Source: Trichinella spiralis | Taxonomy: Eukaryota | NCBI RefSeq assembly: GCF_000181795.1 | Contig: NW_003526941.1 | Span: 7,367,930-7,426,564, forward strand | Direction of reading: 5' to 3' | Length of the DNA stretch: 58,635 bases | Notes under the pieces: generated by a model | Database searches by the model: none | What the model saw: the letters and a program-made list of their open reading frames with translations, nothing else | What the model was told of the DNA's origin: nothing | Part shown: piece after piece, positions 23,804 to 37,196 of the stretch | Layout of the letters: every line of letters starts with the position of its first letter | How positions within the stretch are numbered: the stretch's first letter is position 1 | Position numbers and translations under genes: made by a program

Positions 23804-26800
23804 TCAATTTTCACTTTCTTCATCTTTTGAGGAAGACGTGGTTGCAGACTGTCGAATGGATTGTTTCGAACATACTTGTATGCAGTCTTCCATGGTTGAA
23901 AAGTTGTTCAAATTGCCACCGCAACCGTTGTACGTGAACGACACGCATCGACGCGCTTGACGATCGTACGCATACCTGGTTTCTGGATTGGAGCACGTAC
24001 CCTGATCAATGGACAATGAACAGAGTTGAGCTAGAAAATACAGAAAAATTTAACAGCAAATAATAACATTAACAAACTGCTAATTTTATATTGGAATTGA
24101 GGGGTGAGAAATTTTGAGAAGGTGGGGAAGGGGGGGGGGGAAGGAGAAAGGACGAGAGATGATAATGGTGTGTCTGTCTGTTTGGCACACGAGAAAAATC
24201 ATCGACGAACTCTAAAAATGAGATTAATTTTAATAGAAAAAGTTGTTTATTTTTTCATACAAATTGTTCATGAAACATCATCAATCATGGTTGATGAAAT
24301 CAGGATTGGGTTGCTTGGATGTTGTAGCTTTGAAGGAATGTGATAATGAGCATCTGGAGTTGAAGAAAAAGTCACCCAGTATGTCGACGTGGTGATTGAA
24401 ATTTGTTCACATGTATTGGATTGATGATTGATCGATTGATTGATATCTTCAAAGTGCAGTTTTCAAACTGACCAGTAGTGATTGTGTCAACAGAGGGTTC
24501 CATTCGATGAACTCTTCACCGATGCTTTAATGAATTGTTCAAACAAAATGCAGATCTTTTTGCAAATGATTGACTGCTCTTCTACTGACTGGATGGACAG
24601 CGGATGCAGTTTTTGCAAACAGTCTCCACAAGCAGCATGTCTCTTCTTTTCTATGTAAAACAAACAATATGTATACAATGAAGCATAAAATTTTTTACTC
24701 TCGGATGAAAACAAAAAAATCTGAACTATTTCTCGTTGAAAAGTTCTGAACTTCAGACTCTTTTTGTTTCAATAATATACATATGTATGTATATTTGTTT
24801 TACCTGGTCAACTTTATTTTCTTTGTTCGTCACTGTCGAGAATAATGGATTTCCGACAATGAAGAAACAGAAAATTCCGCAAGCAAGCAAGCAAACAAAC
24901 AAACAAAATCAGCATGCATTATTATATTGTTGAAGTGAAACTGCATTTTTCTAGTGGAAGAACAATATTCAGTGCAAATGCGAATATTTCATTTGAGGGA
25001 AGAGAAAAAAAGTTATGTTCTTCGTAGCGCAACATTTTTCTCATGTGGAGATGAAAGCGTAGTGGGAGTTGTTGTCGAAAATGTACTTTTTCATTTCGTT
25101 TTGCTTATTTAACTTAACTGACATTCTGTTTGTTTTCGTCAGATTTAGCTGAGCTGAATGAATCTCTTCCTTCATATCTCTCCTTTTGTTTATCCATCTC
25201 ATGCGTACACTCAGCGTACTTGCGTAATAATTTATTTAAATTTTTTTCAAGAAAGTGAACCACTGATTCGGTTTGAAATGATCCATTTTTGCATACGAAT
25301 GTTCCCTCAGCTTGAATTTATCAGCGCGTATGCATTTCCAATGGGTTCAATATGAGAAGTAACCAATTCATTTAATTGAGAGGATGAAATTTCAAAATGA
25401 AAATTAAAAATTAAATATGTTTATGAAATTAACTTTTTTACAGTAAAATGAAAAATAATACATGTCTATTGAGATATACTTCCATTTGGTTATTGGTTTC
25501 CAGTGTTTGAAGAGTTGAAGAGAATAGAAATCATCTGTTAAGAAATAAACGTAAAACTTGAAAACATAATAATTAGTGTAAATAGTTGAAGAAAAAAAAA
25601 AGAAAAGAAAAATGGATCAATTCATAGATTGAGAAATCAGAATTTATAAGTGCTGATTAAATTAGGCGCAACAAAAGTTTTGGATAAGCAAAATATTTTT
25701 TACTGAAACCGGTGTCGATATTCGTCCAAACAGACTCGTAAGCATTCTTCGACAGTTTCGAAGCGATTCAGGTTACCCCCACAGCCACCGTAGCGATATA
25801 GAACACATGAATGACTGTCTTCATTGTAGCCGTATCGTAAGTTATTTTCTTCACAAGTGCCCGAATCCAACGGTAGTCGGCAAAAGTGAGCTTAATCAAC
25901 GATTACTGGTGGTTGTATTAAAATTCATTCAAATAGATTTTACCTGGATCTGGACAACAAACTGAATACACTCGGCGAGCATTTTTATGACACACATATG
26001 TCGGTGGACAGAAAATATCGTTGTCGCAAAAAAATAGTGTTTCATTGGCAACCAGAGGAAAGTTGGACCATGGGCATAATGTTTGATATTCTCAAATTAT
26101 GCATATAGATAGATATGTTTTTTTGTGAGAATACGAGAGAAAATGGAAACAATTGCTGAGCTAGTAATCAAAATAAAATACCTCTACAGGTTTGTTCACA
26201 GTCAGCTTTTGTGGCAAAGTTGTTGCCATTTCCGCCTAGTCCAGAATATACAAAATTGATGCATTTCGCTTTTTCACTAGAAAAATGCCAACGTTCCAGA
26301 TGCGCATTGCCCGTTCCGACGACTTTTTTCTCCAAGCATCGAATCCCTACAATTTTAATGATTGGGCTGTATAGGTAAATCGAGTTTGATTGCAAATCTG
26401 TATTATCCGTTTCAAGTTCTTTTCCATCTACCTCTCAGAGGACAACATACTGTTGTTTTGTCATTTTCCCCCACGTGGCAGTAATATTTTTCCGGGCAGG
26501 TATCATTTGATGAATCACAATGAATGGTTTTCCCATTTATACGATACGGTTGATGTCCAGGAAAGCATGGGTTGATTTCTAAATGTGAATTGATTAAAGT
26601 TTGATTAAGTTTTTTCTTTTAAATATAAATTCAAATTGTTGAAGTGAAATTCAACAAATGCTAGGTTTGTGTTTTCTCTTTGAGCTTGAAGTAGAAGTAG
26701 AAGAACTATAAAGCGAACACTTGCCTGCGATGCATGTTTTTTCACAGTCCTCTTTTGTACGGAAATTGTTCATGTTGCCCTTGGAGCCTCTGTAGAAAAA

Positions 26801-29800
26801 TATCAGACACTTATCAGAAGTGTTATCGTAGAACCAGCGTCGTAAAATTCCTATTCCTTCGCCTTCAGTCATTGGTAATGAGCACGGTTTATCTTTTTAT
26901 AAATAATTTTTGAATTTTAATTTACTTCAAGCCTGAGTTGTTATTTTTCATCATACCTTTCTCAGGGCAGCAGATTCCATCACCAACACCATGTAGACAA
27001 TAATAATCTCTCGGGCAGTTGTAAGCGTTGTCACAGGGAAAAATATTCTGTTCTGCTTTGTACAGAATTGACTGACCGTTGCTGCAGGGGTTTGACGATT
27101 CTACATTGTATTATTATTATTATTGTTCAGTATTGTGACAGATTGAAAATGAAAAAAAAGGAAGAAACATATTTAATTAACGAACTACTGCTGTTCATTC
27201 TTACTTTCACAAGCGATTGAGCAGAATTCCTTTGACATGAAATTGTTCTGGTTACCGTAACGACCAGCGTATCTGAACCGTTTGCACCGTCCATGTTTGG
27301 CGTTGTAATACCACCGTGGTAGTTTGTATTCACCTGTGCCAGATTGTTTAGGCAACGAACAACGATCTTGAGAAGTTTCTGGATAAATATGAATAGTGCA
27401 TTTGTAAAATTGTTTCCGTTTCTAATCTTAAATCATCCAAACCTATTGGACAACAAACAGTGTCGATCAGGGATCGTCCTGGATGACACCAATAATTCGC
27501 TGGGCAACCAGAAAATTTCATTGGATTGCAACGAACTAGCTGATTAGTCGAGTCGATCAAAGCTGGTGTGGCGTCGAACAAGCAGGGACTTCTCCAAACT
27601 ATAAGATTTTTCCCGTGTGCCTTCTGAAATTGGGCTGCGGGAAGGGTTGGGGTACGGGGGGACACTTATTCGGGTGGGTCGGATAGCGTTTGTTTGACGC
27701 GCACAGTGTGCAAGCAAGCGATGGTTGAGGGAAAAAGAAAACTTACCCGGACAAATTTCTTCACAGTTGGCTTTGCTGAGGAAGTTGTTCTGATTGCCTC
27801 CCATTCCATTGTACGTGAATGATATACAAGTCCGACTGTCGGCGTTGTAATACCATCGTTGTAAACTGGATGAACCTGTGCCAGGTGATAATGGAACACT
27901 GCAAGGATTTGTGGCTACAATGATAAAAATCAGTTTTATCGAAAATGCTAATAACAATATAGCGATATTTTTTGTCATTGTTCTTGTGTTCTCTGCATTT
28001 ACTGCCGAAAATCCTCACCTCCTGGGCAACACATGGTCGTCTCACTGCTGTCACCTACGTGACACCAGTAATTAACTGGGCAGTTTTCTTTATTGTTCGC
28101 ACTGCAGAATACTAACTGACCGATAGCTGATTTGGCTGGTTGGCCTATGCATGGATTTCTAAATTCTATTAAAAAAACGTTCTGTGAACGGTTGTTCTGG
28201 TATAGGTAGCAGTTTTGTGCGGAAATTCATAAATGGAAGTGATGTTCAAAGATGGAAACTATTGTAAATTTATGATTTTGATTTTGAGCACTGTACCTCT
28301 GCATGCTAGTCGGCATGCTTCAGCGGATAAGAAGTTATTCTGATTTCCTTTGCTGCCTCGATAAGTGAATTGCACGCAGCGTTTCGTGTTTGGCTCGTAG
28401 TACCATCTGGGTAGCATTGCGTTTCCAATCCCGGTCGACAACGGCAAAACGCAAGCATCTTGCGTTCCTGGACAGCAAACTGTATTTTCGATTGACGCTC
28501 CCACATGACACCAGTAGCCCGTTGGGCAGCTTGCGGATGTGCTGAGCGCGTTACAAGTCTGCGGTCGATTGTTCACATCCAACAGAACATCGCCAGATGG
28601 ACAAGGATTGGTGAATGCTTCAAGAAAGAAAATAAACTACTACATCACTTTTCTAACCCTAGATGAAATAATAATAATAATAATGATCATGATTATTATT
28701 ATTACGTAAACAAGTCTTTTCACAGTCTTCTTTTGACAAAAAATTGTTCGGATTGCCTTTGAGACCGTGGTATATGAATTGCCTGCATTCACCAGATGTG
28801 ACGTCGAAATACCATCGTTGCAAAGTAAATCCGCCCTGTCCACTATCAGCATTGAAGAAATTACAGATTGACTGTGAACCTAGGAAAAATAATATATATA
28901 GATATAGATATATATTTTTTTGAATTTGTCTCCGCTCTTTGCTTTACTTCCGGGACAGCATAGCGTCGTATCAGGGGTAGCTCCCAAGTGACACCAAAAT
29001 CCTTCACGGCAACCACTTTCAAACGTGCATTTGACAACTCGATGTTGGGCGTCTGTTTGTGGCACTCCAGCTGGGCAAGGATTTTTCTTTTCTATATAAA
29101 TGCGTGCGCGCGTGTGTGTGTATGATTTGTGATTTTAGTTGAAGTTCAATTAGTCATTCTTTACCAGCAGTACAGATGTGCTCACACTCGTCTTGAGTAA
29201 GAAAGTTGTTCTGATTGCCAGCCATACCCCGATAAAAGAACATAGAGCATTCGTCCATTTCAGCGTTGAAATACCATCTGTTCAGCGATGACGTCCCTTT
29301 ACCTTTTTCTACTGGAAGTGTGCACGGGTTGGTCACTTCTGTTGAAAAGAAAAAATTATCATAAAAAGGATTGTCAACTGAGCAGTGTTGATTGAATTGT
29401 TCACAGTGTGATTACTTCCAGGACAGCAGAGCGTAGTATCATCGTTTGCTCCAATATGGCACCAGTAATTTTCTCCACAGGTAGTTTCACCATAAGCAGC
29501 GATACAATGAACGAATTTACCACTTTCTGGGTCTTGTTTCGGTGTGCCAAAAGGGCAAGGATTTATTGGGATAATTTCTGTAAGTGCAATTAATTTCTGC
29601 TCATTGTGTTGGGACTTTGAAATTGGTATAATGTAATAATATTATGTTTACTTCCACACGCCTTGATGCAGTCCTCAAGAGTGAGGAAGTTGTTTTGATT
29701 GCCTTTGGCACCTCTGAATTCGAAACGTTCACATTCTGAAGTAAGTGTATTGAAACCGTAACGCGTCGACATTGCCGACCCTACGCCTGGATTGATCGAC

Positions 29801-32800
29801 AGCTTGCAAACGTCGGACACGGCTATAAATGTGTTGTTCAATTTGTTCGTTTGTTTCTATTTGTCAACTCTTCATCATTACCTCCCGGGCAGCAGACTTG
29901 TGTTTTCTGTTCGAGACCGTAGTGGCACCAGTAACCCAACGGGCAAGTGGCACCGTCAGCGGTGCAGTGCAATTGTTGACCGGTGAATCCATTCACAGCC
30001 GGCACTCCTTGGGGACATGGATTCAGAAAAGCTGAAACATAACTTTCAGTGCAGCAATCATTTTGCGGAAAGCATTACAAGCATCAGAACAAAATTTTTG
30101 AAAAAAAAGAGAGAAACCTGAGCATGTTTTCTCGCATTCGTTGAACGTTTTGAAATTGTTTTGGTTTCCTTTCGAGCCTCCGTATGTAAATTGCAAGCAT
30201 TGGTTGCTTTTTCGGTCATAATAGTAGCGGACCAGTTGACTTGAACCGACGCCGAACACTACCGGCAATTCGCAGACATTCGTTACAACTGTAAACGACG
30301 AAAATTGTTTTCAAAATTCAAAAAATACCCCCAATATGACTTGTTTCTCCGATTGCTTACCGCCAGGGCAGCATAGCGTGGTCGATGGACTGGCGCCGAA
30401 GTGGCACCAGTATCCGATTGGACAGGAAGTGCTCGTTGCATCGCCGGTACATTGCAACGGCAAGCCGACTGCATTCTTAGCCGGTTGACCTTCTGCACAA
30501 GGATTCACGGTGCTTTCTTCTGTTCCAGCAGCGGAAAAACAAAGCGGTATACACAGCGATCAGTTGGTTTTAGTGATTGTGGTATATGTTTACCGAGACA
30601 ACGTTGTTCACAGTCTTCTTTGGTGGAAAAGTTGTTCGCGTTGCCTTTTGTACCGTAGTAGATGAAAATTGTACACGTAGACGAATCGACGTTGTAAGCG
30701 TATCGTTCTAGACGCTCGTTGCCGGTGCCTGGTGAAACTGGCAGCATGCACGGATTTGTTACGCTGTCTGAACATGCTTTTGTTGATCATGCGAACAATA
30801 AATAAATAAACAGACCTGCTGGGCAGCAAGCGGTCGTTTTGGGACTCGAGCCAACGTGGCACCAGTAATTCCGGGGACATGGGGGTTGCATGGGACCGCA
30901 CTGCAGTCGTTGACCGTTGATCTCTGCCGCTGGGAAACCCAGCGGGCAAGGATTAATTTGTGCGCAGCGTTGTTCGCACTGCTGTTTGGACAAGAAGTTG
31001 TTCTCATTGCCCGCCAAACCCCCGTAATGGAACTGCACGCACTGGTCGGTGATTTCATTGTAATAGAAACGAGTCAGATTCCCACTCCCTTGACCGTACA
31101 CTAGGGGCAAAACGCAAGGATCTTTGGCACGTCCTGGACAGCAGACAGTCGTTTTGATTTCAGATCCAACATGGCACCACGACTCTTCTGGACAAGGAGG
31201 CCGATTGACGCCGCAAGTCAACTGTCTGCCATAGCTGTCTTTTATCGGTTCACCTTGTGTGCAAGGGTTCATTGGCACTGTAAATCCACGAACGAACACA
31301 AGACGCTTGTTAGAATTTTCACGATCGACTTTTCAAATGGACGATGCACGTACCTGTGCAAGCGTTGTCGCAGTCGAGTTTTGTCAGAAAATTGTTCTCG
31401 TTGCCGTACAGACCGCGGTAGGCGAACGGGGAACACTGGCCCGTTGCGCTGTTGTAATACCATCTGGGAATATTTGTACTGCCCGAACCGAATTCCAACG
31501 GCTGTTGACAGGGATCGATTCCTGAAAAAATGGACAATTTTATTTTATTTTCTACAATTAATCATGCACAGCAGACCTTCAGATCGGCAGCAGGCGGTGG
31601 TGTCAGCAGTGGCGCCAAAATGACAATAATATCCAGCTGGACATGGATTTGTTTTTGAACAGGTTGGTTGATAACCGTATGTAGACAACGGGCGATCAAT
31701 TCGGCAAGGATTTACTGAGCCTAAGATTTGAATAATTTTTTTTCATTGTCCAAATGTAGAACATTTTACAACAGCTTTTCTTTACCTGATCCAGCTAGGC
31801 AAGTATTTTCACAGTCTTGCTTAGACAAGAAATTGTTTTGATTTCCATATAAACCTTTGTAAAAAAATGGTAGGCAGGTACGATTGGCATGGTTGAAGTA
31901 CCAACGATTCAGCGAGGCAGTACCTACCCCGACGGAATATGGCAGTTCACAGGCAGCGCTTTTGTCTTAAACAAACAGCATTGCTTAATTTAATTAATTA
32001 ATATGTTAAATTGGATTTCAAATAACCTCCTGGGCAGCACATCACTGCATCCGGTGTAGCGCCAACATGGCACCAGTATCCGGACGGGCAAGGTTGCTCC
32101 ACATTGTTGCAAAAGCGGGGTCGGGTTCCAGATAGCAGAGGACTTCCAACAGGGCAGGCATTAATGGATGCTTTAAAAAAGGGAAAAAATTCAAATCGAA
32201 TTTGTTTTTATAGGATTTAATAATTTAAATATAAGTTCTCGAGTTTTCTCTCACTCATGCACATCCGTTCACATTCTTCTTTTGAAATGAAATTGTTCTG
32301 GTTGCCTCGCGTGCCGCTATATTGGAACGGCATGCATTGACCAACAGTTGGATTGTAATACCATCTGGTTACCGGGGTCTGACCTGTTCCAATTTGCAAA
32401 GGTTGTTGGCAAATAGCCGTTCCTGTATATTATTATTATTATTATTAGCGGTTGTTATATAATTACATCAGAGGAAATGAGAAATTAATTTTCAAACCTT
32501 GCACCGCCCCAGGGCAGCAGACCGTACTTGAGGCTGTTGAGCCGATATGGCACCAAAAATTGCTCGGGCAAGCGTGGGTTTGAGTGCAACTGATCATCGG
32601 ACCAGCCACTGGCAGTGGACATGGATTTGTGGTTGAAGAAGCTGCAAGCAGGCATTTTTATTTGTTTCAATATGTTTGTCAATGTTTCAGTAATGTGTTT
32701 CAATAGAACTTATGCTAAGATAGCAATTTTACATTCGTACAAACTTCTTTTCCATTCGTTGACATTGGAGAAAAAGTAGAAAAAAACGCTAAATCTTACC

Positions 32801-32992
32801 TGGAGGACATTGGAAACAGACACAACAATTACAGCATATAACATAGGTACCAATTGTACGCTTTTGTCTAATATGAAAATTTTGCTGTGCCGCGGTATTA
32901 TTGTTCTTCTCTGCCAAGCAGATAGAATCGCTGAGTAATAACAGTGGAAGTATCCAACAGCATGCTAACTGCCATTGCGTTGTGTACAACAT
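23804..32992 (-). CDS. Large secreted multi-Kunitz protein with alternating Kunitz/BPTI and Lustrin-type (WR1/DC) Cys-rich modules
   Basis: First exon 32992-32800 has a signal peptide (MLYTTQWQLACCWILPLLLLSDSICLA) and an RQKR furin-type site. It is followed by ~15 NPCxxGxP...CPxxYWCHxG...CCP modules alternating with 14 Kunitz domains (CxLP..GxG....RWYY...C..F.Y.G..GN.NNF....C...C). It ends in Kunitz exon 25890-25700 or 24030-23804. Introns checked between modules are phase 1. Confidence 0.9.
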
Positions 32993-34764
32993 CAGTTTGA
33001 TAGTATTGTGAAGTTTCTATGGATAAGATTAATCTGCAGTTAAAAATAGGGGAGTTTATTTATCAGTGTCGGCCTTATCTGACTGACTGAAGTGAACTTT
33101 TTCAGAGGTTGTTGCGCAACTTAGGCACGAAGGTAATGATGCAAAGAGTAAGCTCATGCAAACCGGTCAAGTCTAGAATGTGTTCCGAATAGCAACGCTA
33201 ACTTGTTTGCTGTTGCTCGTTTGTAGTTACTGATATAAGTTTCTTGTTATTAATTTCGAAACAGAAAAATCGAAAATGAAAAAGTCTCTTTGGTGTGCAG
33301 TCACTCTGTTGGTGTTTATTTAATAATAATAATAATAATAATAATTGCTTCTTTCCTAATTGAAAACAGAGCTAATTTTTTCATTGGTTCATTTTATCAT
33401 TCTTTTTTATATTTATCAGTCTAATTGGATCCGTATGCTTATCTGCGTAACTGCAACAAAATAATGTGGTAAAAGATTTTACTCTTTTTTTACATAACCC
33501 ATGCGCGAGTGCCCATAATTAGTGCATAGATGCGTGTGAAAGCGAACATTTCTGAAACAAGCGTCAGAAGTATCCGATGATTATGAATAAATTTGTAAGT
33601 GACCTTGTGTATACTTAGTTGTTTGTTTATTGTTGATGACAAATGATTTTCAATTGTTAAGTTTCTGCCTGTAAAATTTCCATCTGGTAAAAGCGATGCA
33701 CCAAGCGCATGCGTGAAGAAAGCGTTGGAAAAACAAGAAACTGGCAAAATTGATGTTTGTCACTGACAACGTAGTTCCTCTGAAAGCTGTTTATGATGCA
33801 GCGTGTTTGCATGACAAGAAACTTTAAGACCAGTCGTTATTCAAGTGCATGTGCCTTTATCTAGCTTTCTTTGAAGCTTTCATACTGCAAGCAGCACACT
33901 TGTTGGACTCGTGTCCAGGTTTTCATATCTGCAGTTCCAATACACTGGCGACGTCATCATCTTTTGTCATCATACTTTCCTACGCATTAGCACATTTTCC
34001 CCACGTTTGTTTGCATTTCAGACTTGGTGACTAGTGTACTGTACACTGTCCGTTTTTCTGTAACACCAACGACAAACGCTATGGTAAACAACTGATTACT
34101 ATTTACGATGAGAAAATCGAGGACGGAGAGGAGGGGGAGGGGTGGGGGAGAGTTTTCTCTTCGAAACGTCTAATAACAGCATATCTTTGAAAAATGCACA
34201 TTTTCTTTGCTATCGATCTTTTATTTAAATTATCAATTGGCTGTTGACTTTTGGACAAGAGCACATTCGGCAATGAACTAAAGCTTACAGTTGCAACCAA
34301 TGCGTGCATGTAACTTATGTTTTCAAAAAATCCAAAATAGGAATGGAAGAAAATTTTTGACACAACATTTCTACTTACAAGTATTGCTAGCCTGTTGCCG
34401 TGCTTATTAGCTGGAGCAATCTGATGGAATTTTTCATATATTACCACAATAGCACAGTCCTCACTCATAACATTCTCTTCAGTTAATTAATTAAGTGTTA
34501 TAAAAATTTGTATTCTTATTTTTTTTGTAAATTTCTTCAGTATAAAAGTATCACTTTTGCGTACTATGAAAGTATTCTTTTGATACAGTTGATGAATTTA
34601 ATCACCGTTTTAATAATTTTTATGGAGGAAAAATTCTTATTCTTCCTTTATCTTCTTATTATTATCATTACTAGTGAATCAGTGTAGTTGATAAAATTAA
34701 AAAATTGCAATTCAGTATTGATTAAATTAAAAAGTTATGTAAAAAATTTCAAAACAGAGCTCAC

Positions 34765-36642
34765 TTGAACAAACAGCTTCACATTGGAATAAATTTCGAA
34801 AGTTATTCTGATTGCCTTTACGACCTTTGTATATGAATTGCCGGCAGTTTCTAACAGAGCTGTCGAAATACCATCGTGTTATTTGCCACTTTCCTTTACC
34901 TTCGGCGAGGGGCAAGTCACATGGACTGCCAGCTATATATATATATATATATATATGTATGTTTCAAAACATTATTAGTGAGAAAAAATGTATTTTTTCC
35001 TCAACTAATCCTCTGCAAAGTGATTGATTACCTTTGCTCAGGCAGCATACTGTAGTTTGTTCTTCCAATCCTTGATGACAGTAGTGTTGACTAGGGCAAT
35101 CTTCATCAGTTTGGCACTTGACTATCGAATCTTTATTACTATACGGCAGACCGTCTTCACAAGGATTTGCTAAAGGGTGTTTTGTAGTTAAAAAAATATT
35201 CTATGTAAAATTAACAGGATATTCGATACCGAAGCATGTGTTTTCGCATTCCACTTTAGTGGCAAAATTGTTCTCGTTACCTCGCAGACCGCGGTAGAAA
35301 AACAACTTACACTCTTCAGAAGTTTCGTCGAAAAACCAGCGTTGTAATAGGTGACCTCCGACACCAATCATTAGCGGAGATGAACATCGGTGGCCAGTGC
35401 CTGCTTTTGTTTTTTGGGGGTTATTTATTTTTTTATTTATTCATTAGTGTTTGCTTACCTTCTTCCTCAGGGCAGCAAACCGTTGTTTCTGTAGAGAGGC
35501 CAAGATGACAGAAATAATTGACCGGGCACTCGGTTTCATAATATTCTGATGGGCCGCAGTGAAAATATTCACCTGTCGCTGACGACAATGGTAAACCGAA
35601 ATTGCAGGGATTTGGATATTCTGAAAAGAAAAAATAATTAAGAAAAAAAGCTAGACAACGTTGTTTTTATAATTTGATTTTGTAATAGTTGTAATTTATT
35701 GGATATCATTTGGGGCATTTTACCTGGGCAACTTTTTCGACAGGATTCGAGGTTGGCAAAGTTGTTACGATTACCGCCAGTTCCAGTCCATTCGAAAGGC
35801 TCACAGACTCTGTTGTACAGATTGAAATAATAGCGTTTTATTTGACCCTTGCCAGTTCCTGAATCTCGTGGTTGCATGCAGGGATTTACTGGAAAGTCAA
35901 CGGGCAATGCATGTGATGCTCAATCATTTTTCTTGTGAAAAGATTAAAAAAATGGTTTCAACTTTTTACCTTCACATAACATTTGGCATGTTTCAAACGT
36001 GACAAAGTTGTTCTCATTGCCTCCTTGACCGGAATAGTAGAATGATTCACATCGTCCCGTTATATCGTTGTAATACCAACGTGGTATGCGAAATGTTCCT
36101 GTACCAATTTCATGAGGCATTTTGCAGATCATGTCCAAATTCTCTAAATATGTGATAACGTTGGTTGGGCTGAATTTATTCGACCACAAGTGCAATAGCA
36201 GCTGATAATCATGGTAAAGTGTGATCAACAACAGTTAGGAATTGATTTCATTTGACGACGTTTCTGTAATGTTTCTTTTACCTGATGAATAAGATTCGTT
36301 TGGATGATTGGCTTGTTGAATCGATGTCGAATAATTGGGAAACGGGACCAAACTGTCGGTAGTTCTAATGTCTGTAGTTGGTAGTTGAATAAGATCGGCT
36401 GTGCTTTGTGTGTTGAATTCCAACTCTAAATCTCGTATTTTCGGATCGAGCACGTTGAAGCGAATTATTCGTCGATTCGATTGATTTTCATCATCTGCAC
36501 TATCATTTTGATCCACTTCGTGTTGTGAATTTCGGCCTGCATTTTGCAGATAGATGGAAAGGGAGAAAATGATCTCTGGTAGTATGAAGATCAAAGTTAA
36601 ATTGAGCAAATTCAAGCGCATTGTCGTCACTGTGTACAGCAT
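34765..36642 (-). CDS. Upstream Kunitz/Lustrin exon set (signal peptide, K-K-L-K-L-K); either a separate gene or an alternative 5' part of the downstream Kunitz gene
   Basis: ATG at 36642 or 36621 with hydrophobic MRLNLLNLTLIFILPEIIFSLSIYL. Kunitz exons at ~36143-35969, ~35890-35723, ~35400-35229 and ~34932-34765; Cys-rich exons at ~35620-35458 and ~35170-35030. The last Kunitz exon ends in a phase-1 GTGAG donor at 34764. Confidence 0.85.
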
Positions 36643-37196
36643 TGTTGTTCAGTTTGTCTGTGTCTGGGTTCGCTTTGTCGAATATCAGTCCCACTGTATA
36701 TTTATTATATGAGAATGAACTTGTGGCAGTTGATTTGTGTTGACTTGCTGCTGACCTTTTCCACAAAACGGTCAGCTGAGACGGGCCGGCTATCCGCTAT
36801 TTAAGCACCGTTGGCTGAGCAAACGTTTGACAATATTGAGAAAATGTCTCACGAAGTTTCAGTCTACAGAAGAGAGTCTATTTTTGTTTCACCGTTCAGA
36901 GGAGAACTTTATTATATTATAATTTCCAATCACATTTCCAGATGACCGAAATTGAAGCAAAAGATTATTAAAAAAGAAGAAAACAAAAAACAAAAGTACA
37001 ACAATCTTGTGATCTCTGTTGTGATCTGTCTTTTCATTTTCGTCGAGGCTTTGTGCACTGCCATTTCGAGATAACAACAATTACACATATATACATATAT
37101 ATAGAACAAGCAGCAGCAGTGTTGGAAACAAAAAGGCGAAAAAAGTATCCTGTTGTTCAGCTGGTACAGTTTGCCGTGTTCTCCTATCCATTTTGT

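Noticed and set aside
27600..27746. GC-rich, open-frame intron in the Kunitz gene
   Set aside because: Canonical GTAAG donor and ATAG acceptor give the correct in-frame join, and the read-through peptide has no module features.
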